In this document: positions 25,295-37,570 of the stretch, one piece after another
How positions within the stretch are numbered: position 1 is the stretch's first letter
Layout of the letters: every line of letters begins with the position of its first letter
NCBI RefSeq assembly: GCF_036321535.1
Contig: NC_087454.1
Location: 36,332,001 to 36,396,000, forward strand
DNA length: 64,000 bases
Source of the DNA: Camelus dromedarius
Taxonomy: Eukaryota
Direction of reading: 5' to 3'
Translations under genes and position numbers: made by a program
The notes under the pieces: generated by a model
What the model was told of the DNA's origin: nothing
Seen by the model: the letters and a program-made list of their open reading frames with translations, nothing else
Database searches by the model: none

Positions 25295-26125
25295 ATCATG
25301 TTCCCTAAAATCATACACTTAGACATTAATTCTTATGTGAGTGATTTATTGAGGAAATGCTGATAGGGGAATTAGTAAGGGAGTGGGGCAGGCAGGGAAG
25401 GAGGTTGCCAAATATGATAAACAAATAATACTCTCCCCCCCACACACACACACAAGAAAATGTAGCCCATTCTAATCCCTGGAACCCATGAATATGTTAT
25501 CTCACATGGCAAAAGGAATCTTGCAGCTCAATTAAGTGAAGGGTCTTGAGACAGAGAGATTCCCTGGACAATCCAAGTGGACCTTTGAAAGTGAAACAAG
25601 AGGCAGGAGTCAGAGACTGAGGGGGATTGGAAAATGCTCCTTGACTGGCCTTGAAGATGAAGGAAGGGCCTGCAAACCAAGAAATGGAGACAGCTTCTAG
25701 AATCTAGAGAAGACAAGGACACAATCCTCCCATAGAACCTCCAGAAGGTTGACAACACTAAAACACTTTACTAGCCTGAAGGAACCAATTCTGGACTCTT
25801 GATTTTCTCTTTGTGTGGCTTTATGCCACTGAGTTTATGATACTTTGTTACAGCAGCAATGGGGGTGAACACATCAAGCAAGAGGTGAGACTGGGGGAAA
25901 CCCATCAGGGAGCATCTTTGGCCCAGCCCCACAGTGGCACCCTGCAGAGCTAGGACTGCCTTGGAGTTGCCCACCGGAAGGGGTCTGCAGCTTGCAGGTG
26001 CGTACTTGCCCCGCTGATTGTTAGTTACAGGTAATCCCCAGGTACTTCCGGCTCTCTGCCTGAGGTGAGGAAAACAGAAAACCATAAAAAGGGCTCTTGG
26101 CTAAGCACTGACATCGTTCATCAGA
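25295..26125. mobile_element. Old MLT1 (I/J-like) LTR split by an MLT1D insertion
   Basis: gtgagtgatttattgaggaaatg...gggagtggggcaggcagggaagg (25295-25415) resumes at about 25880. Confidence 0.6.
25425..25871 (+). mobile_element. MLT1D-like MaLR solo LTR
   Basis: ctaatccctggaacccatgaatatgttatctcacatggcaaaagg...gccactgagtttatgatactttgttacagcagcaat. Confidence 0.88.
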
Positions 26126-27526
26126 CCTCTCTTCACCTCACCTTCCTTTTAGAAACCCCGCCATTCTGTCTTCAGGATTTCAGAGAGGTAAGTACTCTCT
26201 AAATGCCCATTTTCCAAGCCTCGGTCTCCAGCAATCAATTGATTTCCTATGGCACTGATTTCTAGTTTTTTATCTAGAAAAGTCTTATTTTTTTTACTAA
26301 GATATCATCAGTTTCTATTTCTTGCAACATAAGATTTGAACAACATAGCAGGAAAGACCCTTCAGGAAAATGTAAGGAATTTGGCATTGGTCATCTGACT
26401 GAGATGGAGTAGAAGGCAGCAAACGTCTCCTTAATAGTTTAAGACGGGAATCGAACGGCTCAACAGGAAGTGAGGAAGTGATGGCACCTGAGTAAAGGTG
26501 TTATCCAAGATCATCAGTAATCAAGTGACCATCGGAGGCAAAGATCTAGGGTATTGTGAGTCTGGCACTAAGGAACAACATAAATGATATAAGGAAATCA
26601 AAGACTGAGAGGTGAGTAAGTAATTCTGGATCTGGAAAGCTTACAGGAAAAAAAAAATCTAAATACTAAATGATAAGCTCACAGAATAATTTCAATCACA
26701 CACATTCAATTAACACTCTTACACTTCCCAGACATAAATAGAGTAAGGACAGAACCAAACAAAAATGGTAACTGGTTATACATGGCATTTGGTTGCTTAA
26801 GTGGAGCAGAGGAGAGACAGGAGGGATTTCTGGTGTCAGGGACCCAGGCAGTCATGTCTCCGCTGGACTCTTGAAGGAGAGAAGCGACCAGAATTGGTAA
26901 GCTATTCTAAGAAGGAAATATTCAGGAAGGGGTATGGGGACAGGTGATGAGAAGTGGAGTCTTTCTACTCCATCGTATTTCCAAGATCAACCACCCTTGA
27001 GGGACATAACATGGAAGATTCTTTCCTAATATATCTTAGTCACCACTGTATGCAACTTTGGAGAAGTCTCCAGTTATAAGGATTTTTTAAATGAAACTTT
27101 TCATCATGTATCTCCCATCAGAGACTAAATAATGAACCATGGTTGTCAAAAAAATTACCATGTGTTCATTAGAGGAACATATAAATATCAATGGCCAATA
27201 GTATACAGATACTCATAAAACAAAATATATCTGCCAATAAGAGACAATAGTTAAGTTTCAGGATCCTTCCATCATATAATTAAACTCTAAACTACCCCCT
27301 TTTTTGAAGAATTTTAAATTTTTAAGAAAAGATTTAAAAGAATTGTGACTAAGTCATTATTCTCTTGACACAAAATAAGAGGAAAAAGTTTCACTATTCT
27401 TGGGAAATACCTTGACCTTCAGCTTCTTAGAGTGACAATTTGGAATTTGGGAACTTCCAGCAGAAACTCACCAGTTGTTCTTTATTGCCATGAGGACTAA
27501 TGGGAAATAAAGTATATGATATAGAA

Positions 27527-27528
<2 letters not shown>

Positions 27529-27570
<42 letters not shown>
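27529..27570. repeat. (AC)21 microsatellite
   Basis: Perfect dinucleotide run. Confidence 0.97.
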
Positions 27571-27572
<2 letters not shown>

Positions 27573-27999
27573 CAACTGCAAAATTAAAGTAAAAGAAATT
27601 GTGAAAATAATTCCAACTATAAGTAAATGCTGTTTGTTTAAAGAATAATAATTACCTTTGTGATTTGATAACCATGTTGAAAATTAACACGTACAACACA
27701 AAACAATTTTGGTTTCTTTCACTTTTATCATAATGTAATGTAAGATGTGATTCTAAGAGTAGACCTTGAGTTTAATTCCCTTGGAGAAATAATAAACGTG
27801 AGAGATATTGGACATTTATATTCCTTCTAGAAATAGCTATATAAAGCAAGCCCTCCATTTTCTCAGAACTAACATTTTTGAGAAACTAGAACAGAGTGAT
27901 ACTCTCAGGGCTTCTGTTCTGTCAGCCAAGCATGTTCCACCACTGAAAAAGAGAAGAGCGACCTTGGAACAAAACTCAACCCCATGTTTGTAGAGCTCT

Positions 28000-28450
28000 A
28001 TCAGTAAGCTAAGTCCTCAATGATGCTGCGTAACAATCAACCACAAACATCGAAACAGCATGCAGGAATAAGTATAGATTTACTCACAAGGCTTCAGGTC
28101 ACCTGTGGGTTAGCTGGTCTAAGCTGGGCAGGACTTAGCAGCTCTGTTGATCTTGACTGGACTCCTTCATGTTCCCATAGGTCTTGAACTTCAAGAGTTT
28201 CTTATCCTTCTCCCAGAACAGCAAGCTAACCTAAATATATCTTCATGGTATTGGTAGAGGTGCAGTCAAGAACACCCAATCATGCAAGTACTTTCCAAGG
28301 ATTTCTCCATATCATTCCCACCAATCTTCCATTGGGCAAAGTAAGTTAAGGGGTCAAGTTCTAAGGCGAGGAGTGTAGAGAGACACTTCATCTTTTAGTG
28401 AGAGGAAATTCAAAGGCCAATGACAAGGGGTGTGGGTACAGGAGAGGATG
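28000..28450 (-). mobile_element. MLT1G/H-like MaLR LTR
   Basis: gatgctgcgtaacaatcaacc...catgcaagtactttccaagg...cattgggcaaagtaagt. Confidence 0.72.
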
Positions 28451-29789
28451 GGTCTGTTGATACAGTCTGCCATGACTCCCACTGTCACACACAGGAATCT
28501 GCTCCAACTTCTCCCATGACTTTCTTCTCTCATCTTGATCGCCATGGGACCCAAGAGCATGCGCATTTGTTATTGGTGATTTTCTTGCTTTTGAACATAT
28601 ATAATATCATTTATCACTTAAGCCACTCACAATGAATTTAGACAGAATCAAACCCCTTTTGACCCATAAAGACACCACTGAGAAAACACCTCTTCCAAAA
28701 AGCCAACTTGGGGATGTGATTTAGGAGAAAGTAGTAACTAAGGTTCATTCTTTGGAGAAAGGCCAACGCTTGGGCATCCCCTTTAATGAGGGACCAGGCA
28801 GACACCAAAGCACAACAGCATGAATGTGATACAGGAAGCAAAGGCTGACAACTTGGGGAGAAGTTCTTCTCTCACCTGGGCTCCTTCCTGCCTCCCAGCC
28901 AGTCTCTAAATTGCAGCTGGATAATCTCGATATGTAATCTTTTCTAGGTAATACGTCTCCTCATTTGTTTTAAAATTCTTTGTTATGAGCCATAAATATT
29001 TGATCTGACAGAAAGTAAACAATGAAGATGAACAAACATCAATAGTTTTAGCCATTACTTTTAGTTTGGAGAAATTTAAATATTTATCCCCAATTATCTA
29101 AATAATAAACTCCCCCCTCAAAGTGTTTAGATTCCAATTTCACAGTTTTCATTATCAGCTTATGACTTTCCCCCAATCCTAACAATCATCATGAATAAAA
29201 ACACATATCAGGTTTTTCTATTTTCTTACCCTTTCATGCATTGTTTTATGTAACGTCCATCAAAGCACAAGTTTTGTCTCCTGAAGTAATCTTTATTTCT
29301 CAAGGATCAGGATGGTTCATTTGAAGGAAATAAAGAATCAGCCTCATTTTCTTTTCACTGACCTGTTTAAGAGACACTTGGACTCTCAGGGGCACAGAAG
29401 GAAAGTTTTAAGAACATGTTCAGGATGTAAGAGGCAGACTGATCTTAAGAAAACCATCACATCCTGATCAACAAAGAAATTCCAGAAACTTGATCAGATT
29501 CCTGACTCAGAGACCATCTTACAGATGTGATGCTGTTTAAAACAGCTTTTATATTATTGTCCATGGTTAAACTCTCTCTATCCAAGGCCAGTTTGTGTGC
29601 AATGAACTCTGGGAGCTAATCTGTCTGCACCTACGACGTCTTGCTTCCAACAGTCAAACATCCTGGTAATTTTTAATGGCGTTTCCTCAGGATTCTTGGC
29701 CACAAGAATTATGGCTACCACTTACTAATTTCTCTCTTTGTGCCAGAAACTATGCCATATTACTTGAAAATTCTCCTACTGATATTCAT

Positions 29790-29880
29790 AAGAAGAGCCA
29801 GATCATTATTTTTATTATTCCCAATTAAAAATGAAGAGACAGACTCCAGGACACTGTGCAGCATGTCAAGGACCCAGGAT
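29790..29880 (-). mobile_element. MIR fragment
   Basis: attattcccaattaaaaatgaagagacagactcc. Confidence 0.5.
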
Positions 29881-30337
29881 TTTATTCTCACCTTACCTAA
29901 CCCTTAGTCGATTTCTCACAGACAAGAATGGAGATGGAGACTTGTTAGAGAATCATCACAGCAGGAGTGACGGACAATCACAGGTCTGGAACTAAGGCAC
30001 TGGCGTTGCTGGTGGATTACAGTCTCCTCCCCTTTTTTTTTTAAACCTTGTGTCAACGTACCGTAAGACCCTTCTCAACAAATAATCTTCCAGGGAACCA
30101 TTTACCAATGTATGGGCATTGAGAGATTATTTGTATTGTGAGTTCTGTTGGTTATAGAAGTTAGCCATTGTTGGAACCATTATAAGCAACAGTGCAAAGA
30201 AGGTCTGGTGGGAGATGCATCTGGGCAAGAAAGAACAACAGAAAGAATTTTACACGCATGTCAAATTCTCCTATATTGGGAAAGGTGTGTTCTGTCACCA
30301 GATTAGTTAGAATAGATTATTCTAAAATGTAACTCTG

Positions 30338-30561
30338 TGAACACTGGGCTTGTGTCTTTTCAAATTATATTTTCCTTCCGGATATAAGCCCAGGAGCTGG
30401 AAATGTGAGCTCTCTTGACTGTGGTGGTGGTTTCATGGGTGTAGACACCTATCAAAATCCATCAAATTGTACACCTGAAATATGTGTAGTTTACTGTACA
30501 GAGGTTACGCCACAATAAAATTGTTTAAAAAGTTTTAAAAATAATAAAAGCACATTTTTAA
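30338..30561 (+). mobile_element. Short 5'-inverted L1 insertion with 14-bp TSD
   Basis: TSD aaaatgtaactctg at 30324-30337 and 30562-30575. Inverted ORF2 piece at about 30338-30403; sense 3' UTR and A-rich tail at about 30404-30561. Confidence 0.85.
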
Positions 30562-30799
30562 AAAATGTAACTCTGATAATGTCACCCTCCTTCCCTAAAA
30601 TTATTCAATTACTCCTTATCTCCTAGAGAATAAAATTCTGACAAGGTCATCTGACCTTTCATCCAGCAAAGCTAACTGAAGTACAATGTATATATACATT
30701 TTTTTAAAATATGAATAAATTCAGCCATTTCTACTAAAAAATTACATTAAAGATAGCCCCATCCTCAATTACATTCATTTTCTTATCCCTTTGGGAATA

Positions 30800-31540
30800 A
30801 CAATCTTTTTTGAATTTTGAATTTGTGTTTTATCATTCCCTTGCTAATCTTTAATGGACTTCCCCATATATAAGCCTACACATATATCATTCAATTTTGT
30901 TTTATTTGCAGATTTATAAAATTTACATCATGCCATATATAATGTTTTACAAGATACTTTATTTTTTCAATGTTATGTGTGTGAGATTTATCTATAGAGT
31001 TGTGCCTATTCATTTTCCCTGCTGTACAATACGATTTATTTGTCCATTTTCTGCAGATAAACATCTGTGTCGTGTCCAGGTTTTTAGTAATAACATACAT
31101 ATATTTATTTGTACGTTTATAATTTCTGCTGAGGTAAACAGTTTTGTTATAAACGTGCTTGTAGAGTTTCCTAGTTCAGATCTCCAGAAGTTTCCTTGGT
31201 GAATATTTAAGAAGGGAATCATTAGATGGTAAAGTATGTGAATATTCTTTACACGATTGAGCTGGATTGTTTTCAAAATTGTTTTACCAATTTATACTCC
31301 TGTTAGCAGCGTAATGATCCACATTTGCTCCCATGGTCAATATTAAAATACTTTTTGATAAAAACAATTTGCCAATCTGGTGTGAAATGTGATCTCACTG
31401 CGGTCTTTATTTGCCTTGTTATAAACGTTAGTGAGGGTAAACACTGTTTCACATAGTACTTGGTCGTAACTTTTTCCTTTTTGGGGAAATGCCTGTTCAA
31501 ACTTATACTTACTTTTCTATTAGATTGTTCCTATACCTTT
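30800..31540 (-). mobile_element. Ancient L1ME-type 3' region
   Basis: ttgtccattttctgcagataaacatctg...ttttaccaatttatactcc...gaaatgcctgttcaa. Confidence 0.75.
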
Positions 31541-33059
31541 TCTCAGCCATCATTTTAATTTTTTTCTCTCTTATCTTTAGAGTGTGTCTCAGGTAAATTG
31601 GATAAGTGGGAACTCAGAACCTTCAACCAGGGCAACTACTTTTCCTAGACTAGCAAGAATTACACATTTCAATTTACACAGCTTTCCGGACAAGATTTTT
31701 CCTAATTTCAATTTCTTTTTCATGGATAATATTAGAGTTAACCAGTATACTTATTTCAAAACAGATTAAGCATTTGTCTTTCTAATTTGACTGGTGTGCT
31801 CCGCATCTTTCTGAGGAGACACTTAAAAGGCAAAGTAAGAAAACAGACGTCTTCAAACTGTTCATTCTAGTTAAACACACAACGGACTCGGCTAAGCTCT
31901 TCTAAACCAACTCCCACCACATCATCCAGGACACAGCCCTCCCTAAGAGAACAGAGAAAGAAACCTTGAATAATAAAACAAATAAAATACAGAGCATATT
32001 TAAAAGACTTCTTCAGACTCTGGAGACAAAATTTGAAGCACTGATTTTTTTTTTTAAGCTAATAAAATTGAAAACAGAGCAACCAGCAAAGAGTAAAGAA
32101 AGATATCAGAAAATAATCCATATATTCTATTTTTAGAATTAATATCAACACAAGATACATGATTATGTCTAACAATAAATAAAACATCTTAACCCAATAA
32201 TAATGTTGTCCACCTACAGAATAATTACACTCATATTACATCTAGAACAAATTTGGACTAATAGTCACATTGTTTCCTTGCGATATAAATTATTTTGGAT
32301 TAATACATACAGTTCTCTAAAACAAACTTTCTTACTAAGTAGATCCTAATGCAGAAAAGGCTTCAATTTTCCAAACAGAAAACAGCTATAATTCTAGCTC
32401 AAAATAAAGCTGTGTAAGTGAAAGACATTTTAATAATATACAAAGGAGCTCACAGCCAAGATGTTCAAGGCAGGACTGAACCTCGCCAAAGGTGAGGGAG
32501 AGCGATGATCAGAAACTCAACAGCACTTCTGTGGAAGGTTTTTCAAAGACTTTTCTTGAAGAACCATTTTAACGTTCAGTAATGTTTTTAATGCCTCCTT
32601 TATGTCTCCCCTTTCATACGATCATTAAGGCTCTTCTTTCCCCCTCATTACATATATTGAATGGATAGAAAATAATGTGTTACTTTCTAATTTGTTTTTT
32701 ATTAAGAACTCATATGCAGAAAGCATTTCTATCAATGACATTTTATATAAATGTTCCCAGATATCTGGCTTCATCTATTATTTGGTCTCACTGCCATATT
32801 TACTTTCCCAAAGCTGCTTGGACTATTTTCCAGGTACAGCAAAAAAGGATGACAAAGTTACACAAGTATGGTTAGTAAATGAATATACTTCAATTTTATT
32901 TTCTGCACAACATAGGGGGAAGTTCCCTTGGCCCTTTCTCAGCAAACAGAGAGAACGTGATTTATAAAGCAGTCAGGAGCAGAGCTGTGGCTGTCTCCAC
33001 ATCGGTACCTGTTTCCCACAGGTAGACCTTGGGCATGAAGAAGCGATGGGTCATAATGC

Positions 33060-33800
33060 AGGGCAAGGGGTCTCATTTACAGCATCTCCTTCCCGCTGCG
33101 GTGACTTCATTGACCACATGGCTTTAAACACCATCGCCTGCTGGGATGACTTATGCATTTCTGTCTCTGGCCAGGACCTCTCCTGTCATCTCAGGACTCA
33201 TATTTCTAACCACTTTCTGGACATTTCACTCAGAAGTTAACTTGCCCCAAATCCAGCTCTCAAGTCCTTGGCGTGGAATCCCTCCTGCGCTGGAGCTCAG
33301 TATATGGTCCCTCCCTTCCTTGCACTTACTCGGGCCACCTTCATGGGCGCCCTCTTAACTCTTGCCTCACATCCCATTAGCAAATCCTAGGAGCTCTGTC
33401 TCCGGATTACTTCCAGATTCTAATTACTCCTCCCGGCTTCTACAGCTACCACACCAGTCCCAGTCTCCATCCTTTCTGGGACCGGATGATTTCAGTACCC
33501 CCTCAACTGTCCTCTCTGCTTCTGCTTTTCTTGTCCTACCCAGCACTCTTCTTACAAGTCCTGGCTTCTTCTGCTCAAAACCTCCCCAAGGGCTTTGCAT
33601 CTCAGGGTAAAAATGCAAAGTCCTTACTGTGGCCTTGACAAGTCTCCACGATCCAGCTACCAGCCTGAACTCAAGTCCTTCCTGTCGCCCCACACACTGT
33701 CCCTCGGAGATGCCAGCCTCACTTCTGCAGCTGTCTGGACCGCTCTTCCCACAGGCACCTGCAGAAATCACTCCTTCCGTCTCTGGGTCCAGTTCCATAT
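33060..33800 (+). mobile_element. L2 (RT region to 3' part)
   Basis: cacatggctttaaacaccatc...gatgacttatgc...ggacatttcact resembles L2 ORF2 around the HGFKYHLYADD motif. Confidence 0.78.
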
Positions 33801-33892
33801 CTCCCCGTGGGAACGAGGCAGCACTTCCTACCTTTACAGGAGGCTTTTTTCCCCCTCTTCAATTGCGTGGTACTAAATCATCCCGGAGCCCC

Positions 33893-33990
33893 AGTGGAAT
33901 AGCTCAGTGGTAGAGCGTTTGCTTAGCATGCATGAGGCCCTGGGTTCAATCCCCAGCACTGCCATTTAAGAAAGGAAAAAAAAGTTTTCT
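33893..33990 (+). mobile_element. tRNA-Ala(AGC)-like SINE or tRNA pseudogene with A-rich tail
   Basis: A box TAGCTCAGTGG, anticodon loop TTAGCAT and B box GGTTCAATCC are intact, but the acceptor stem is mispaired and the vic-1 tail is missing. Confidence 0.8.
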
Positions 33991-34055
33991 TTAAGGAAAA
34001 AAAAATTTATTTTTTTTTGAAAAGGAAAAATAAGTTTAAAAAGAATTAGAAGACC

Positions 34056-36367
34056 GGGTTCAAGATGGTGATGGGGAAAATCCTGACCTCACCTCCTCCG
34101 GCGGGGCACGCTGAATCTACAGCTGTATAAGAACAATTTCCTCCGAAAAAGACCTAGAAACTGGTAGGGCGACCTCTTCACGGCCAGCAAACGAGAGGGA
34201 AACCCCAGGGAAGGGAGTAGGAAAGGCTGCCACTGCGTGTCCGTGAGCCCGCCCCAGGCGCGGGGACCCGCGGAGGGAGGGGGGCTCAGGCCTGGCCGCA
34301 GCGGAGCAAAGTGTTCTTCCCCCTGTCGTCGGGCCCCGGAGGGAGAAGCCCCGGGGCAGCTGGCTTTGAAGACCAAGGGGCTCCTACACGGAGACCTACG
34401 GCCTGTGGCGCGCTGAGAGCCGCCTCCTCCAGGCAGCTGCAAGGCTTGCAGCCCAGGTCCCGCAAAGGCAGCCTTAGAAAACCGCCCAGACTTGATGCGA
34501 GAGAGACTGTTTGCTCATCTTAAAGCATTGGTCTAGGGCAGGGCCTGCTGGAACCTCCATCTTCCTGCCCTCCTCTGCCTGGCTCCGCCTGCAGAGTTCC
34601 TCTCTCTCTTTTTTCCTTTCTTCTTAAAATAAAAAAAAAATCCTTTTTTCCCCTCTTTTCTTTGTCTTTCTTTTTTATTCTTTTTCTTCTTTTTACTGTT
34701 TTTTTTTCCCCCATTGGGGGCCACCTTCCCACGCTCCCCCCACCCACCATCCCCACCCAGCTGCTGGATACCATCTCCACACCCTCCAGAGCACCAGTAT
34801 CTCCTGTGCCTGGTAACCCAGTCTTTGCGTCTGGTGACCAGGTGTCTGTGGCTGCCACCCAGGGGATGCCCCTTGGCCGCCTGGCTTGGTGCCCAGGGGT
34901 TCTTGGGTTCCTGGGTCCCAGGGGACTGTGACAATCGAGAGTTCGTTCTTGGCCAGCTGCCACCCCAGACCACCGCCCAGACAGCAGCCTGAATCACAGC
35001 TCCAACCCCTCTGAGCAAAAGCCCCATTTGCTTGTCCAGCAGCATAGGCTGAGGGGTGGCTCCCAGTTCAGCACTTTGGGGGCCCCGGAGGTGCGCCCTG
35101 GGGATGGAGACCGTGGCCCTGTCTCTGCGCTCCCCTTCTGCCTCGCTCCGGCTCATCCAGGAAGGAGCTCGTCTGCTGTCCTGGCTTCTGTGGTTGCTGC
35201 AGGGTCACCTCTACATCACCTGGCTCTGGTGGCCAGTAGTCTTAGACTTGTGGGTCCCATAGGACAGGAATCCACCTAGAAATATTCCCAAACAGCTACC
35301 ACTCCCAGGGACAGCAAGAGGCCACTGACACAGGAGCTGTCTTTCCGCGAAGGAAACCTGTTAGCTTATCACCGTAGCTGCAGCCTGAGGGGCAGGCTCC
35401 CAGTGAAACACACCTCTGAGGGCTGACGGAAAACCCTTCCTGAGACTTGGAGGGTGGGTACCAGTTTCGCCTCTGCCACGCTTCAGAGAGCTGGCATTGC
35501 TCGGGAGAGAGCCCTTATCCGTGCCTGGTGCCCTTGTTCCTGCATCTGGTGCCCTGAGCTTAGCAGCTGCTACCAGGAAACAGCTCTACATCACCCGGCT
35601 CAGGTGCCCCGGGGGCCCTGAGTTCCTGGGTCCCACGGGACTGTGACAGTCAGTGAGAGTTTGTGGCCAGCTGCCACGCCAGGGCAGCAGCCTGAAACGC
35701 ACCTCCAGCCTTTCTGGGAAAGCCCTACTTTCTAGTCCTGGAGTTTACCCTGAGGGGTGGGATTCAGTTGAACACATATCCAGAGGCTACGGGAGCGCCT
35801 TCGTGGGACGTGGGCTGGGGATGCCAGCATTGCTCTCCATCTGCCCGGCTGCAGCTTACGCAGCTCGCCCAGAAAGGAGCTCAAATATCCAACTGGAGCC
35901 CTGACTTTTGCCACTGTCGCCAGGGGACACCTCCAGATCGCCTGACCCTGGTGGCCAGTAAGGCTTATACTCGTGGTCCTGCAGGACCGTGGGACCTGGG
36001 TCTGAGGGTTGGTTGCCAATTGACCTGAATTGTGGTGTCGAGGGAGATCCTCCCCTTGGGGACACTGGCTGGTCTTGGCACACCTTCGACTCCAGGGAGC
36101 GAGGAAAGTCAAATCTGCTGTTTGGACAATCCCAAAAGTTTGAGGGACAGCCAACAGCCAGGGCAGGGCTGAACGGTGGGGCTCACCTTCTACACCAGGT
36201 CAGTCCCACAAGATCAGGAAAGGGGACTGTTCCACCAAGTACATCGAAAGCAACACAGAAAATCAAGCAAAATGAAGAAACAGAGGACTAGGTTCCAAGC
36301 AAAAGAGCCAAATAAAACCTCAGGAAAAAAGCTTAAGGAAAAGCAGATTCAATTGCCCAAAAAGTGA
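34056..36367 (+). mobile_element. 3'-truncated L1: complete 5' UTR (about 2.2 kb) plus first 31 codons of ORF1
   Basis: Starts gggttcaagatgg...cctgacctcacctcctcc, a laurasiatherian L1 5' end. ORF1 start at 36272: MKKQRTRFQAKEPNKTSGKKLKEKQIQLPKK*. L1 similarity ends there. Confidence 0.85.
34081..34500. promoter_or_regulatory. CpG-island-like segment (L1 internal promoter)
   Basis: About 28 CpG in 420 bp by hand count, GC-rich, GC box cccgccc at about 34248. Confidence 0.65.
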
Positions 36368-37570
36368 AAGATACCTTGGGGACATTCATTTTAAAATGAG
36401 GACTATCGTCCCTTTTCTGTCTCAGTGTAACAGTATTCCTTATATGTTCGTTGTTTGCTGCCCATTCAAGTAATAGATGAAGCTAGTCATTGCCAAATCA
36501 TTTACGGAGCGTCAACTCTGAGACTATCTTTAATAATCATTTCAAGGCGTTAATAAGTGAATGAATATGGTTAATTTCTTCATCTTACATGTAGGAGTTG
36601 AAGATTCTTCCAAACAACTATCATAATTGGCTTCATGGGAGGCTTGTCTTCTAAGCACGAGTCTGCAGTGGCTTAGAGGAACCAACACACCTGGGTTGGT
36701 ACATTTGGTGTTTTTGAAGCAAGCAGCAGATGAGAAGGGCTTTGACAGGAAGCAGAATTGAGGGAAGGCCTTCCCCGGGAACGGAAAAATTATCGAGCCC
36801 CCAGGAGCCGTGTTAATGCACTGGGGATACAAAAAGTACCTAAGTTTATTTTGACTTAATAATGACCCTAGTTGGTTAGTGTGAGATGAGATTCGTTGGA
36901 CCCGTGATGTTCAATAGCCAAGATTTTCCAAATACTCTTCCTTTTTATCATAACATCTTTGGAGAAGTGCTTGTTCTCTCAAAATCTTTGCTTCCTTTCC
37001 CAAGAAGAACACCTTGGAACAGCTTCGTGGTGTCCATGTGTGTTGTTGCCTACAATCTCAGGGACCATCATCTTAAAGACAAGTCGTTTTCAAATCACCA
37101 GTCTTAATAACCTAAAGAAGGGAAGGACATTATAGGCCAAGATACAACTACTTTTTGTTTATTAATTTTAAACAGGCAGTTTTAAAAACCATTCTAGAAG
37201 CTATTTTATGAGAAGGCATGCCAGAAATTGAATAGACAGCAACAGTGTGTCCTTACATTCAGAAGGAGGTAGCGATGTAGTTTCCCCAAAGGATGCACTC
37301 TGTTCACTATTTACTTGTACATCTCAAAGGAGAAAGAAATAAATCTTTATAATATGCTCATATATTCTTGTCACAGAAGTGCTTTGACTTAGCAACCTTA
37401 CTTTTTGCAGTTGGTTGAAATGATCAATTTTCATCTGTTTTCCATATGTGCTGGAAAGTAAGTGTATATTCTTCAATGTCCTCTACGTGCTCATTAAGGA
37501 GTGCTTGCTAAGTGGGCATGTCTGCTCTGGCCTCAGTGATCTTTTCTTTCCCCCCCTTTTCTTTTTTATT

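Noticed and set aside
33893-33964. Functional tRNA-Ala gene
   Set aside because: The acceptor stem has three mismatches in canonical register and lacks the G3:U70 alanine identity pair. It is followed by an A-rich tail and belongs to a SINE-rich family in this genome.
34533-35156. 207-aa and 147-aa minus-strand ORFs, the longest in the track
   Set aside because: They lie in the GC-rich L1 5' UTR monomer array, include low-complexity K/R runs from a T-rich tract and show no protein-family resemblance. L1 ORF0 is described for primates and nothing here supports an equivalent.
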